Below the pieces are notes generated by a model. The model searched no databases, was not told the DNA's origin, and saw only the letters and a list, made by a program, of their open reading frames with translations. From positions 190,588,001-190,652,000 of the forward strand of contig NC_042998.1 in the NCBI RefSeq assembly GCF_006345805.1: DNA of 64,000 nucleotides, read 5' to 3'. A program made the position numbers and the translations under genes. Below, in pieces: positions 52,442-64,000 of the stretch (positions are counted from its first letter, which is position 1; every line of letters begins with the position of its first letter). The DNA comes from Octopus sinensis (taxonomy: Eukaryota).

Positions 52442-53130
52442 AGGACGAACAGACGAGTAAAATACGGCCTTAGGGCCAAGAAGACAAGAATAGTGGGTAA
52501 CGCTTAGAAGATATCCTGAAAGATAGAGAACGGAGAGAGAATTTGCGACTGGTCACGGGACCAGAGAAAGAGAGGAAGCTCCTTCCATTAAAAGCATAAC
52601 GTGTGTTCTGTATATATATATTTGTATATATGTGCTAATGTGGTATATTCAACTGACGAAAGCAGAGTTTATTTGAAGCAAAGCTAGAAATCCAGGATCT
52701 TGAATTATCCATTAATATCGATTTGCTAGTTTGTTTTGTCTTTCTGTCTTATCTCATGGTGCGATATGAACATTTTAGGTGGTTTCTCGAGTCAGGGTTT
52801 TGACTGCTATTTCGGCATGGTGGTGTCTCTCAGATACCCTTATTCATATATATATTGCGAAGCATGACTGTCACCACTACTACATGAACCTGAAGATTGC
52901 AGAATTTAATGCATGAAAGTACTAGTTCAATCAGAATGAACATTTAACATTCTATTATTTTATTTTATTATATTATATTATATTATCTTATATCATTATA
53001 AGATTGTAAATAAAACGTGAAAATCAGACAAGGTTGGAATTCCTTTTATTAATATATATATATATATATATGCATAAATGCATATGCATGTATGCATGTA
53101 ATTTAATCTATACAAAATACAATGTTATCG

Positions 53131-53330
53131 ATCCATTTCAGACAATCTTACCACACGAATTCGGTAATTAGGTGGTTACTTTAGACTGCAGCTGTCAGAG
53201 TGGCTGGGATGAGAAACATGTCAACGGTTCTCTTTTCCACACCATCCATTCTGACGAGTGCGGTTACAGGTAATCACTTAATTACCTAATTTGTGTGCGA
53301 AACCTATTGGTGAGATCGGCTGAAATGGAT
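53131..53330. repeat. About 200-bp imperfect palindrome with hammerhead-like core
   Basis: atccatttcagacaatcttacca / tggtgagatcggctgaaatggat outer arms; 56-bp inner arms; ctgacga at 53251, gaaac at 53299. Confidence 0.7.
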
Positions 53331-53433
53331 ATATAATACTATATACTATAAACATTTATATTCCCAGTGTATTGGACTAGGATATTAAAAACGAGTGTCT
53401 CTTTTCTTTAAATTTATGGATTTTAGATTCCGG

Positions 53434-53473
<40 letters not shown>

Positions 53474-56400
53474 CTAAAAATATGCATGTACACACATACA
53501 TGCACATACACGCACACATATCCAAGCATGCACATCAGTTCCTCGAGTAACGAAATTAAAATTCTGTTCTTCGTAATTAGAAACCACGTTTTTGTTCTTT
53601 TTAGATAGATAAGTTATTTTGCTTATTGAAAATACTCTCTTTATATATAAAACATGGTTGAAATAAATTTATGTGTAAGCCAATAAAAGAATATACATCC
53701 TTTAGCTTATGAAATAAGCAAAATAATATGGCAATTCTCGTTCCGTTAGGCTTTTTTTATTTTTATAGAATAATATCAAATATTGACTTCTGTGTCTCCT
53801 TCTTACGCACATCTTATTCTTCCCTATAATAATTTATTACTATCAATACTTGTTTTTTAACTTGCATACTTTGTTCAAAATTTGAATTGTTTTCTGAAGC
53901 ACAATGTATATGTTTTAGACATGTCTTCGTGGTTAAAACAGATTGTGGAGGACAGTGGCGTTGCTAGAGTGTGTGTAGCCCTTAAGTTTGCCGCCCCACT
54001 CGGCAATGCCTATATAAGCTTATAATGAATTTAGGTATGGATTAGGCAAAAAAAAAAAAAAGTGTCAGAGAATGGCAAAGGGAATATGTTTGTAGTATGG
54101 GTTGTGACGAAAGGATGATGGAGATAGTCTCTCCTGTTTGAGGAGTGGGGTTGTTATTACTTGGGTTCATACAGGCATAACTGTAAAGGAGACTGTTAGA
54201 AAACTTTCATGACCATGCATAAAACACACCTGTTTTTAATGAGGGTTCAGTGTTGAAAAATAACTTGGTGCTTTTTAATATCCAATCATCTTTTAACATA
54301 TAGCAACTCCACAATATGGAAAGTTGATTATTTCTGAATGTCGATAGCTTGAGTTTGCTCAATAAATATTGATAGTTGTGTCACTAACAATTCACCAGTT
54401 CTTTCGTTCAAAATTGCAAAATACTGTAATAGGATGTTAAATTTTGCCGCACGACAAAGACGAAGCTTATTGAAATTATTTATATGGAGGAACATGTGTT
54501 ACATTATCGATTTGATAATTATCTATATAGATTTAAATATGATAGGTTTCAACACTATTTCGCCTGCTCGTACTCTGGTAGTTTCTGGTAGAAGGCAACT
54601 CACTGTGTGACTTATCGGAGATCGTGCTGCATATATTTGTAAAGATGGGTTAGTCACGGTTAGAACGGCGTTCATCAAAAGTTTGTTGGATCAAGTTTAA
54701 CTGAGGATTAAACAGAAAGAAGATAAACAAGATTATCAACAGCACTGGAAAATCCCCGCAATAACCAATATAAAAATTAACTATAACAACAACAACGATT
54801 CAGTATTTAATGTATTTTATCTTATGGTTAATTAGTCATTTTAGTGGAAGGAGCTGTTCCTATGGCTTTTATAGACCATCTGAGAAAACTGAAATCGAAG
54901 TGATTAATGTTCCACTCGAAAAGTTACAAGTGGCTGGCTGCAGAAAAAGACAATGACCGGGTAGGACTTTTAGAGGAGAAAAGAACTCGGGGAGGAATTA
55001 CAAGGAATATATGGATGATGGATACGATATGGGGCACTAAAAGGATTGGGGACACGTGCCAAACAGGTGTGTCTGAGTGTAGGTGACACAAAACCATCCA
55101 GCTCCTCGGAGAAGTGACAGCACACCCGTGAGCCAAAGGTTGGTTGGAGTATGTTGGCGACGGTTTTCATGTAACCATCGATAATAACATCATGCATCCT
55201 TTGGATTTAGAGTAAAATAAACCCAACACCCTCTAAATATTTAGGGTGCAATTTAAAAGCTGAAATAATTATAAATGTTAAATTGAGCTAAAATGAGCTA
55301 ATAGTCTAAATATTTTCTGATTTTGATACACGGCTAGCAATTTTGAAGGAAGGCGCCAAATCGATTACATCGACCTCAGTACTTGACTGGTACTTAATTT
55401 TATCAACCTCCGAAAGGATGAAAAGAAAAGTCTACCACAGCGGAATCTGAACTCTGAACGTAATGAATGCTTGGCGGCATTTTGTCCGTCTTTACCTTAT
55501 GAGCTCCAGGGTCGAATTAGCATTTTATCCTTTCGAGGTCGATAAAAGAAGTATCAGTTCAGTACAAGGATTGATGAAATCGAATTACTCCCTTCCTCAA
55601 AATTGTTCGTTTGTGCCAAAATTTGAAACCAATAGGCGAAGAGCTGGCAGAATTGTTAGAGCCTCTGTATGTGTGTGTGTGTGTGTACACCTCTGTTTAC
55701 GGTGGTATAATCAGTATACAGAGGGATGTAATATGTGAGTGCAGAGGTGTGAGCACGCCGGGCGAAATGCGTAGCCGTATTTCGTCTGTCGTTACGTTCT
55801 GAGTTCAAATTCTGCCGAGTTCTGCTTTGCCTTTCATCCTTTCGGGGTTGATAAATTAAATTCCAGTTACGCACTGGGGTCGATGTAATCGACTTAATCC
55901 GTTTGTCTGTCCTTGTTTGTCCCCTCTATGGGCAATGAAGAAATATATATGGTGTACAGGAGTGTAATGTGTGTATGTGCATGCATATGTGTGTGCGTGC
56001 TTATCTGTATGCGCGTGTATATGGGGTGTAATGTATGTGTGTATGGAAGGATGTAGTGTTTACGAAAGTGCAAACTATGAATGTGTACAGAGGTATAATC
56101 TAGGTGTGTGCACAACCGTGCAATCTGTTAATGTATGTATGCAAGTTTGTGTGTGTGTGTGCGTGCATGTGCATGTGGTTTGTTCTGATATGTAATCTGA
56201 ATACAGAGGTGCAATCTGTATTTGTGCGATATATGTGATAGTGTGTGTGCGTGTGGATGTGTGGGTGTATGGGTGTGTGTACAGATTTTAATTTCCTCAT
56301 GTATAAATCAACATACACTACTCAACGAGGGAGCCTCTACGCGGTCGTTTGATCTGTTAGAAACAACAGCTAAACATACCTGTATTCACCTCCTGCGGCC

Positions 56401-56617
56401 TTAAAAAAGGTGACTCATATCTAACAATGTGTTTGAAATACTAGGTATCTAAAAAAATGAACAGAAGAAAGAGATAGTCATGAAAGGAATACCTTTTGAT
56501 CTTGTGATTTTCTTTCATCAGGATTAAAATTTGGTACTGATCGAGAACATCTTCAACAACGCACACATTAACAAATATACTGAAAGAGTAGCCTGATCTA
56601 AAAATAAGATGATGTAA

Positions 56618-58935
56618 AGTTAACAGAGAATGTAACTATTTTCTTGATCTCAATATCCTATTTCTTTACTATCCATAAGGGCTAAACACAGAGGGGACAA
56701 ACAAGGGCAGACAAACGGATTAAGTCGATTACATCGATCTCAGTGCGTAACTGATACTTAATTTATCGACTCCAAAAGGATGAAAGGCAAAGTCGACCTC
56801 GGCGGAATTTGAACTCAGAACGTAACAGCAGACAAAATGCTACTAAACATCTCGCCCGGTGTGCTTACGATTCTGCCAGCTCACCCAATATCCAATTTGT
56901 GTAAACTATACGCAGCACCCGATGACCGGAAAATTATTAGGAGAATAAGGTTGCAGATTTGTTTGGAAGTTGGGGAAAATAAAAGAATATATCCAACTAT
57001 ATTAATATTTTTGGTGATTAGTTGCAGGTCATCTGTGATGGTGTAGACCACTGGCCAAAGACATTGCAGCTGTGCTCTCCTATAATTGTTTTGTGTTTTA
57101 TTTTTAGAAGTAACCATTGACAGGGAAGGAATTCTAGAGAGACAACATTTTAATGAGGAAGGATTGGACGCAGTGCTTAGCCCAGAACGTGGAGTTACGA
57201 GAGTTGTAAGGAATGAAGTGAGTTTTTCTGAGTGCTGATGGTATGAGGTCGTCCACTTGCCAAGTGAACATCTTAATCACACAGCCATTCTTGTGCCTAT
57301 TGTATCTTGGACAACTCAAGTTAATGTAACCTTTTTTTACAGAATGTAGTTGTAATTTAAGGGATATTTGGCAGGTGTAGATAACCTCCTGTAGGCAAGA
57401 AGTTTTGGAAGAGGATTCAGTCAATTTACTGATATGTCCTTTCCTATTTCAAGCGATAAGATGTAATTTTCGGGAAATTTAGCTGCTTTTCTTAACAAGT
57501 TGAGCAACCACATTAATTTCATCTTTCGTACGTCTAATAGGTAGTTTACAGTATCAAGCCGGATGCATTTTAGTTCGAAGTTCAAATCCAGTTTAGATGG
57601 ATTATATTTTCATTAATCAGGTAATATTATAATAATAATAATGAAATTATTGTATACAGTGCTCAGGTGCACCACAACTTGTCAAAAGTACGTATAAAGC
57701 ATATGCAGTAATGTACAAATGTCTGGAAAGTGAACAGTGCATGAGTCAGATACATCCCTGCGTGTGTATGGAGGGGAGAAAATCAGGTGTAGTGTTGGCG
57801 AATCTCAGGAAGCATGGAAGTTTTGAAGGATGCAGTGCTCCGACAACTAACAACTGATGCTGGCAGTTTGTTCCATGGTTCAGCAACTCTCAGCGTGAAA
57901 AAATGTTTCCTAAAGTCATGGGAGCTGTGCTGTTTTCTGACTTTGTAAATATGTCCACGGGTGTTAGATGGGTGGAGTTTGAAAAGGTGCTCAGAGTTAT
58001 TGTTTGTAAGATGGTTAATAATTTTATGGGTGTCTGCCAAGTCAGCTGCCAGACGTCAGAGTTTCAATGTGTCCATGCCCAGGGAAGTAAGGCGTTCAGA
58101 ATATGGCAAATGCCTGATGGAGGGTATTGTTAGCAATATTGTTAGCAAATATTGATTTCAAACATAAACGCAAAGATGTAGTCGATTATATCGAACCAGT
58201 ACTTGACTGCTATTTTATTTCATCGACCCTTGAAAGATTGAAAAGCAGATCTGGATCTTGTTGGGATTTGAATCCATGCCGTAAAAGGTTGTAACTAAGC
58301 ACCGCTAGGCATTTCGTTTCGACCCCCTAACGACCTCAGACAATAGCAAGCTTTTGATTTAAACCTGAAAGTTTTAACGAAAAGATATAAATGAGTGATT
58401 CGAAATTAGAAATGGTATATGAACCAACACCGAAGGAGTCTCTTCTTGGCTGCTTGTTATGTTCGAAATAGAATCCAAGTCTCCGTGTAACCTCTCCCCG
58501 GTAACTTTAAAAGGGGAGATAATATAGTATTAGATACTTCACGACTGGCAAGAGGTAAGATTTTATCTTTTATCTTCCCCAAGTTCCAAACAAATCTGCA
58601 ACATTATTCTCCTAATACTTTTCCGGTCGTCGGGTGCTGCGTATATTTTACACAAATTGAATATTGGGCGAGCTGGCAGAATCGTTAGCACGCCGAGCGA
58701 GATGCTTAGCGGTATTTCGTCTGCCGTCACGTTCTGAGTTCAAATTCCGCCGAGGTCGACTTTGCCTTTCATCCTTTCCGGGTCGATGAATTAAGTACCA
58801 GTTACGCACTGGGGTTGATGTAATCGACTTAATCCGTTTGTCTGTCCTTGTTTGTCCCCTCTGTGTTTAGCCCCTTGTGGGTAGTAAAGAAATAGGATAT
58901 TGAGATCAAGAAAATAGTTACATTCCCTATTAACC
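56618..58935. repeat. Inverted duplication of about 370 bp (SINE A plus unique flanks), 1.6-kb spacer
   Basis: 56618-56986 is the reverse complement of about 58565-58935, including non-SINE flanks on both sides. Confidence 0.85.
57627..58110 (-). pseudogene. CR1-clade LINE 3' end
   Basis: NTRGHIYKVRKQ...RKHFFTLRVAEPWNKLPASVV then 3' UTR and (att)n tail. Confidence 0.85.
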
Positions 58936-59134
58936 CTTCTGATCATAAGTCCTCTGCTCGATTATGATTGACCTGGGGTTAAAGAACAACAAATTAACAA
59001 ATATTTATCTAATCGATACCATCAATATTTGAACACCGATTATCAAAAGACGTAACAAAATATTGATTTCTAACATAGGTGCAAGGACTCAAATTTTGGG
59101 GAAAGGATTTGACTGATATTTTATGTTATCGTCG

Positions 59135-59381
59135 TGGTGGTGCGGTGGTGATGGTGATGGTGGTGGTGGCGATAGTAGCAGTAGTATCAGTGGTGGTGGT
59201 GGTAGAGGTGATGTTAATGATGGTAGTGGTACTAATAATAGTAATATTGATGGTGGCTATAATAGTAGTAGCAGTGGTGATGATGTAGGAGCAATGTTAG
59301 TGGTAGAGGTGGTGGTAGTGGTGATGCTAGTATTAATAGTAACAGCAACAGCAGTAGTAGTTGTAGTAATGATAGTAGTTT
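59135..59381. repeat. (GGT/AGT/GAT)n degenerate trinucleotide tract
   Basis: Direct reading; explains the poly-Val and poly-Gly/Ser ORFs. Confidence 0.9.
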
Positions 59382-59853
59382 AGTAAGGCGAGCTGGTAGA
59401 AGCATTAGCACACTGGGCGAAATGCTTAGCTGTATTTCGTCTGTCTTTACGTTCTGAGTTCAAATTCCGCCGAGGTCGACTTTGCTTTTCATCCTTTCGG
59501 GGTCAAAAAATTAAGTACCAGTTGCGTACTGGGTTCGAATGGCCCTCCCCTCCCCCAAAATTTCGGGCCTTGTGCCTAGAGTAGAAAAAATAATAGTAGT
59601 TCAGTCCTAGATCAGCTCAAACTAAGCAGACCTTTGATCCAAGGTATGCCAGTCGTAACCATCCCGTCTTTTTATAGGTATGTAGGACTACATTTCTCAG
59701 TATGGCATTTCTTTTTACTTAAGACAGACTGGAGGATGGAATCGAAGGGAATTTGGGTCCTAATTCTTGAAACTAGAAAGACTGCATTGAGGCCTCCTCC
59801 ATGTATTAGATTACTCACACAATGCTTTATTTGTGTCGTTCCTTTAAGTTTAC

Positions 59854-60021
59854 TACACACCTGAATTTACCACATACATGAGTTTATCACACACCCGAGT
59901 TTTTCACACTCGTGAGCTTACCACACACTTAAATTTGCTACATACCTGAGTTTATCATACACCTCAGTTTATCGCACACCCAGGCTTACCACACACTTGA
60001 ATTTACCACACACCAGATTTT
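59854..60021. repeat. 17-bp minisatellite, about 10 degenerate copies
   Basis: Consensus cacacacctgagtttat. Confidence 0.85.
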
Positions 60022-60119
60022 CAATGAATCAAGTCATCTCCCGTCTTGCTACCCGAGTTAAAGATGGTTTCATGAGTAACTCAAGAAACATCTATAGAAA
60101 TCTTAAAAGAATCCATTTG

Positions 60120-60394
60120 GCAATAATATTCTGTTCATTTCGTTTTTGGATTTGGTTTGCAAGATTCTTTATATGAGATCGTGTGTTGAAGCATATTCTG
60201 TTGTGTCTAGGGAGAGTCATTTTCTTTTTGTGCCTTATAATGTAACACTTATAATGTAAAACTATTGAAAAGGTTGCAAGACGCAACGAAGATTTTAGGA
60301 AAATAAAAATAAGAAAAGAGTGGAAATTTTACTGGTGAGTGTGTTACATTATAAAGCACAAAAAGAAAATGATTCTCCCCAGACACAACAGAAT
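60120..60394. repeat. Repeat with internal 54-bp inverted arms (possibly Penelope-type end)
   Basis: 60195-60248 vs 60341-60394, 51/54 match; second copy at 22083-22290. Confidence 0.75.
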
Positions 60395-61669
60395 TCTGTT
60401 CATTACTTAAAATCTAACTTAATGCTTGAGAGATGACAAAGTGCTGGTAAATTATACAGTGTAGTACTCCGAGTATTTACTGCAGTAAGATGTTCTTATC
60501 ACCCATCAAACTGTACGTAGCTTCCAAGAGGTAAGGGGTTAAGCATGCTGCTTAAGAATACTATGTAGAAGCAATGACAGAATACGAAACGCATGAACTC
60601 TTTATCAGATTCTTTACTAAGAATAGCGACACAAAATCGACATTTAGTTTGAAGATATTGTTAGAAATAGCTTTCAGTGAATATCATTCTAAATTTCTAT
60701 GATGAGAGTAATTATTAGTATTTAAGGAGAAATATTTCAGACTCTTAACTTCCCATCTCTGTCTATTCTGCTATGTTTGGTAAATTACGTCTCCAACGAT
60801 TTCTTTTTAGTTGTTCTTGTGGTTGATGATGATGATGATGCGACTCTGAGAAAAACGATCAAAAGCTTTTCAGACGTGACCACCTCGTTTTTTGTATACC
60901 ATGGAGTACATTTCTCAAAGTGTTATTCTTATTTTTGTTTTTTGTCCCACGCAACTCCAAATTTATCCTGAATGATTAAATCTATGATCATACGCAATCC
61001 ATTTACAATTATTTTTTGCAGACATGGTGTAACCCGGACTACACTATACATGCTCGGGTTGTCCATCACTAATCTAGTAATCACTAATCTTGTTCCATCA
61101 CTAATCTAGTAACCACTAATCCTGTTCCATCACTAATTCGGCACAAATTTCAGCCGACCTACTTCTAATCTAAAATTTCCCGAGTGGCCGAATCAATCTG
61201 CTGCTAAAGTTTGCTACATAAACACATACCGACATAACTCACAAGTATAGGCAAGGTATTTCGATTTGTTTTTGTTCTTTAATATTATAACCAGTTCCCT
61301 TTCAGTCCCAGCCATAGTTCTAACGAATAAAGAAAATGCATCTCGTTTTGTAAAGCGTAAATATCAGACATAGTTCATTAAAGATTAGGTTGAATTTTTT
61401 TAAAAACTTGCCAGCAGTATGTCTGCAAAACGTCTGTGTGAATTATGCAGTATGGGCTTTTTCACAGTTTATTACATTAAGAAACATATAATTCTTTTCT
61501 TTTGCCAACAGTAATTCAAATAAACAGATGTATAAAAGGAAAACAGTAAAAGATGGATAAAGTTTAAAATTAGATCATATTCTAATGAAATTCTAATACG
61601 TATAAGTGAAGGTGTTGAGTTGTCTGAAGATATGTAAGGAACTCGGCAAAAAAATTCATAATCAATTAG

Positions 61670-62620
61670 TCCTACAATGTGTGGTGAAAAACGTTCTGTA
61701 GACAAGGAAGCAGTTGCTAAATTTGTCGAAGAGTTTGCACAGTAGAATCATAGAGAAAAGATGAAATTTTAAATCTTGAGTAGGTTTACAATGAGGCTGA
61801 GACAGCAGTGATTTGAAAATGTACGTCACGAAGAACACTCACAATTAAAAGGCTATGAAGCATCAAATATGATGTCCCTGTGCAGGATTGTTCTAATGCC
61901 ACAAGAACACAGAGGCACAAGTTGCTGGCCATCGATAAGGATTCACGCTCTGGGCATTTAAAAATATGGCTCAGTTACCTGTGAAAATATCCTATTTCTT
62001 TACTACCCACAAGGGGCTAAACACAGAGAGGACAAACAAGGACAGACAAACGGATTGAGTCGATTATACCGACCCCAGTGCGTAACTGGTACTTATTTAA
62101 TTGACCTCGAAAGGATGAAAGGCAAAGTCGACCTCGGCGGAATTTGAACTCAGAACGTAGCGGCAGACGAAATACCTATTTCTTTACTGCCCACAAGGGG
62201 CTAAACACAGAGAGGACAAACAAGGACAGGCAAACAAGGACAGACAAACGGATTAAGTCGATTATATCGACCCTAGTGCGTAACTGGTACTTAATTTATC
62301 GACCCCGAAAGGATGAAAGGCAAAGTCGACCTCGGCGGAATTTGAACTCAGAACGCAGCGGCAGACGAAATACCGCTAAACATAAAAATATCCTGTCAAC
62401 ATAAGAGTTTGGATAACGAAGACATTGCATTGTATTGATTTGGAAATTACTTTAAGAGCTCCCTGTAACTCCGTTGTTCTAAACCCTCAACTGTAAAGTT
62501 GTGCTTATTTTAGACAAGTGTCCCGCACATTATAAAGCAAAACTCCATGTAAACAACGTTTTGGCATTTACCATCCATCTAACTGCTCCCTATCATTTCT
62601 GGCTGTCATTTCGGTAACGC
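61670..62620 (+). pseudogene. pogo/Tigger (DDE_1) transposase fragment interrupted by a SINE A dimer
   Basis: CGEKRSVDKEAVAKFVEEF, VYNEAET, CSNATRTQRHKLLAIDK, VVLILDKCPAH. Confidence 0.8.
61994..62383 (-). mobile_element. SINE A dimer inside one TSD pair
   Basis: 10-bp TSD aaaatatcct at 61984-61993 and 62385-62394. Confidence 0.85.
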
Positions 62621-62811
62621 TTAGTTGTAGTGGGATTTAGCTCTCTCAGATATATCTTTGCTCCGAGGATAATTTAGAGATTCTTATGCTGGTTCTGACA
62701 ATCCAGTTTCTAAATACAACTCGGTTGAAGCGGTTCCTATTAACACACACACACACGCACGCACGCACGCACTTACGCACGCACGCACGCACACACACAC
62801 ACACCACACAC

Positions 62812-62851
<40 letters not shown>

Positions 62852-63479
62852 GTGTACGCACACAAAATACGATGATCTGATGAACTTTGTATCTTTGAAG
62901 CTTTTACTCAGGCAAGTCTCCGTCAAATTGGTAATGCAAATATTTAAACCATCATTTTATATGTCGAGTGCTCTTCCTTTCCTTAGTACACACACTCCCA
63001 CACCCGCCCCCACACACGTATGACGGCAAAATTGTCACTAATCCAGTAACGTTACGAATGAATGTCACTCTTCTCTGAAGATTTGACAATGCAGTTTGAT
63101 TATATAATTCATATTCTTTTCTACTCAAGGCACAAGTCTCGAAATTTTTTAAGAGGGTGGTGGCAGTCGATTAGATCGACCTCACTACGCAATTGGCACT
63201 TAATTTATCGACCCTAAAAGGCTGGAAGGCAAAGTTGACCTCGGCGGAATTGGAACTCAGAACGTAAAGAAAGACGAAATACCGCTAAGCATTTCGTCCG
63301 ACGTACTAACGTTTCTGCCTGCTCACCGCCTTACATGTATGCATATATTGTCATTTGTATGTATATATTATTACCTAGAAGTGTATATCTTGAATGTGTA
63401 TGCATGCATATGAGTGTATATATGTTTGTATATGCCCACACACGCACACACATACATATATATAGGTATTGATGTATGC

Positions 63480-63660
63480 ATCACGGCCCAAATGACAAGA
63501 GAAGGTGAATTGATGTGCTTTTCCCAAACCACTCCAGGGTCATCTAAATAATAGAAGCAGTTATGACCAGAAACATGGAAGGTCGCTTCATCAGAGAAAA
63601 TGAGTCGATCAAAAAATCTGGAATCTCTGGTTTCTGCCAACATTCTGTCTGAAAATTTGA
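63480..63660 (-). pseudogene. IS630/Tc1/mariner transposase fragment
   Basis: RLIFSDEATFHVSG...HINSPSLVIWA. Confidence 0.7.
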
Positions 63661-63800
63661 CATATGTCGAATAATCAATGACATATAGAAATAATCACTG
63701 ACATAATGAAATAATAACAGCATGCATCAAGAAACTACAGAAATAATAGACGCATATAATTGGGACACATAAAGTTGGGGAACTAATTTTGGTCCACTTT

Positions 63801-63842
<42 letters not shown>

Positions 63843-64000
63843 TGACATATATAAAGTTGTGTTGGCGTCATTTGGCGTCTATTTTCAGCGAGAGAAGAGG
63901 TATAATGCCAATCCCTTGTCATAATTATATAATTATTATAATATAAATACATACATACATACATATATACATATATACATATATATATACACACACATAC

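Noticed and set aside
54900-55200. Possible LTR-retrotransposon coding remnant
   Set aside because: Complex sequence, but no motif I could confidently assign.
59854-60021. CRISPR-like repeat
   Set aside because: Contiguous degenerate units with no spacers.

Overview
AT-rich, repeat-saturated eukaryotic non-coding DNA. The repeat content (tRNA-derived SINEs, very dense TA/CA/AG microsatellites) is most consistent with an octopus/cephalopod genome; this is an inference. I see no intact host protein-coding gene, and most ORFs in the track are microsatellite or SINE read-through. The window holds three abundant SINE families (called A, B, C here), with A forming headless tandem multimers and self-nested copies and C carrying three different 3' tails. 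It also holds a decayed Helentron (Rep-PIF1-AP endonuclease, 11480-15710) with recognisable termini, several non-autonomous canonical Helitrons, and a Tc2-type MITE. A mariner (44757-47980) is split by a 1.9-kb retroelement that encodes only an ORF1/zinc-knuckle protein and shares its 3' tail with SINE A. There are fragments of pogo, hAT, Chapaev-like, Tc1-like, RTE, CR1 and Penelope elements. Penelope-type hammerhead-ribozyme-like motifs occur several times, two of them in a 350-bp palindrome, and long inverted repeats are unusually frequent. Boundaries of decayed fragments are approximate (read by eye); element ends defined by TIRs or TSDs should be near-exact.
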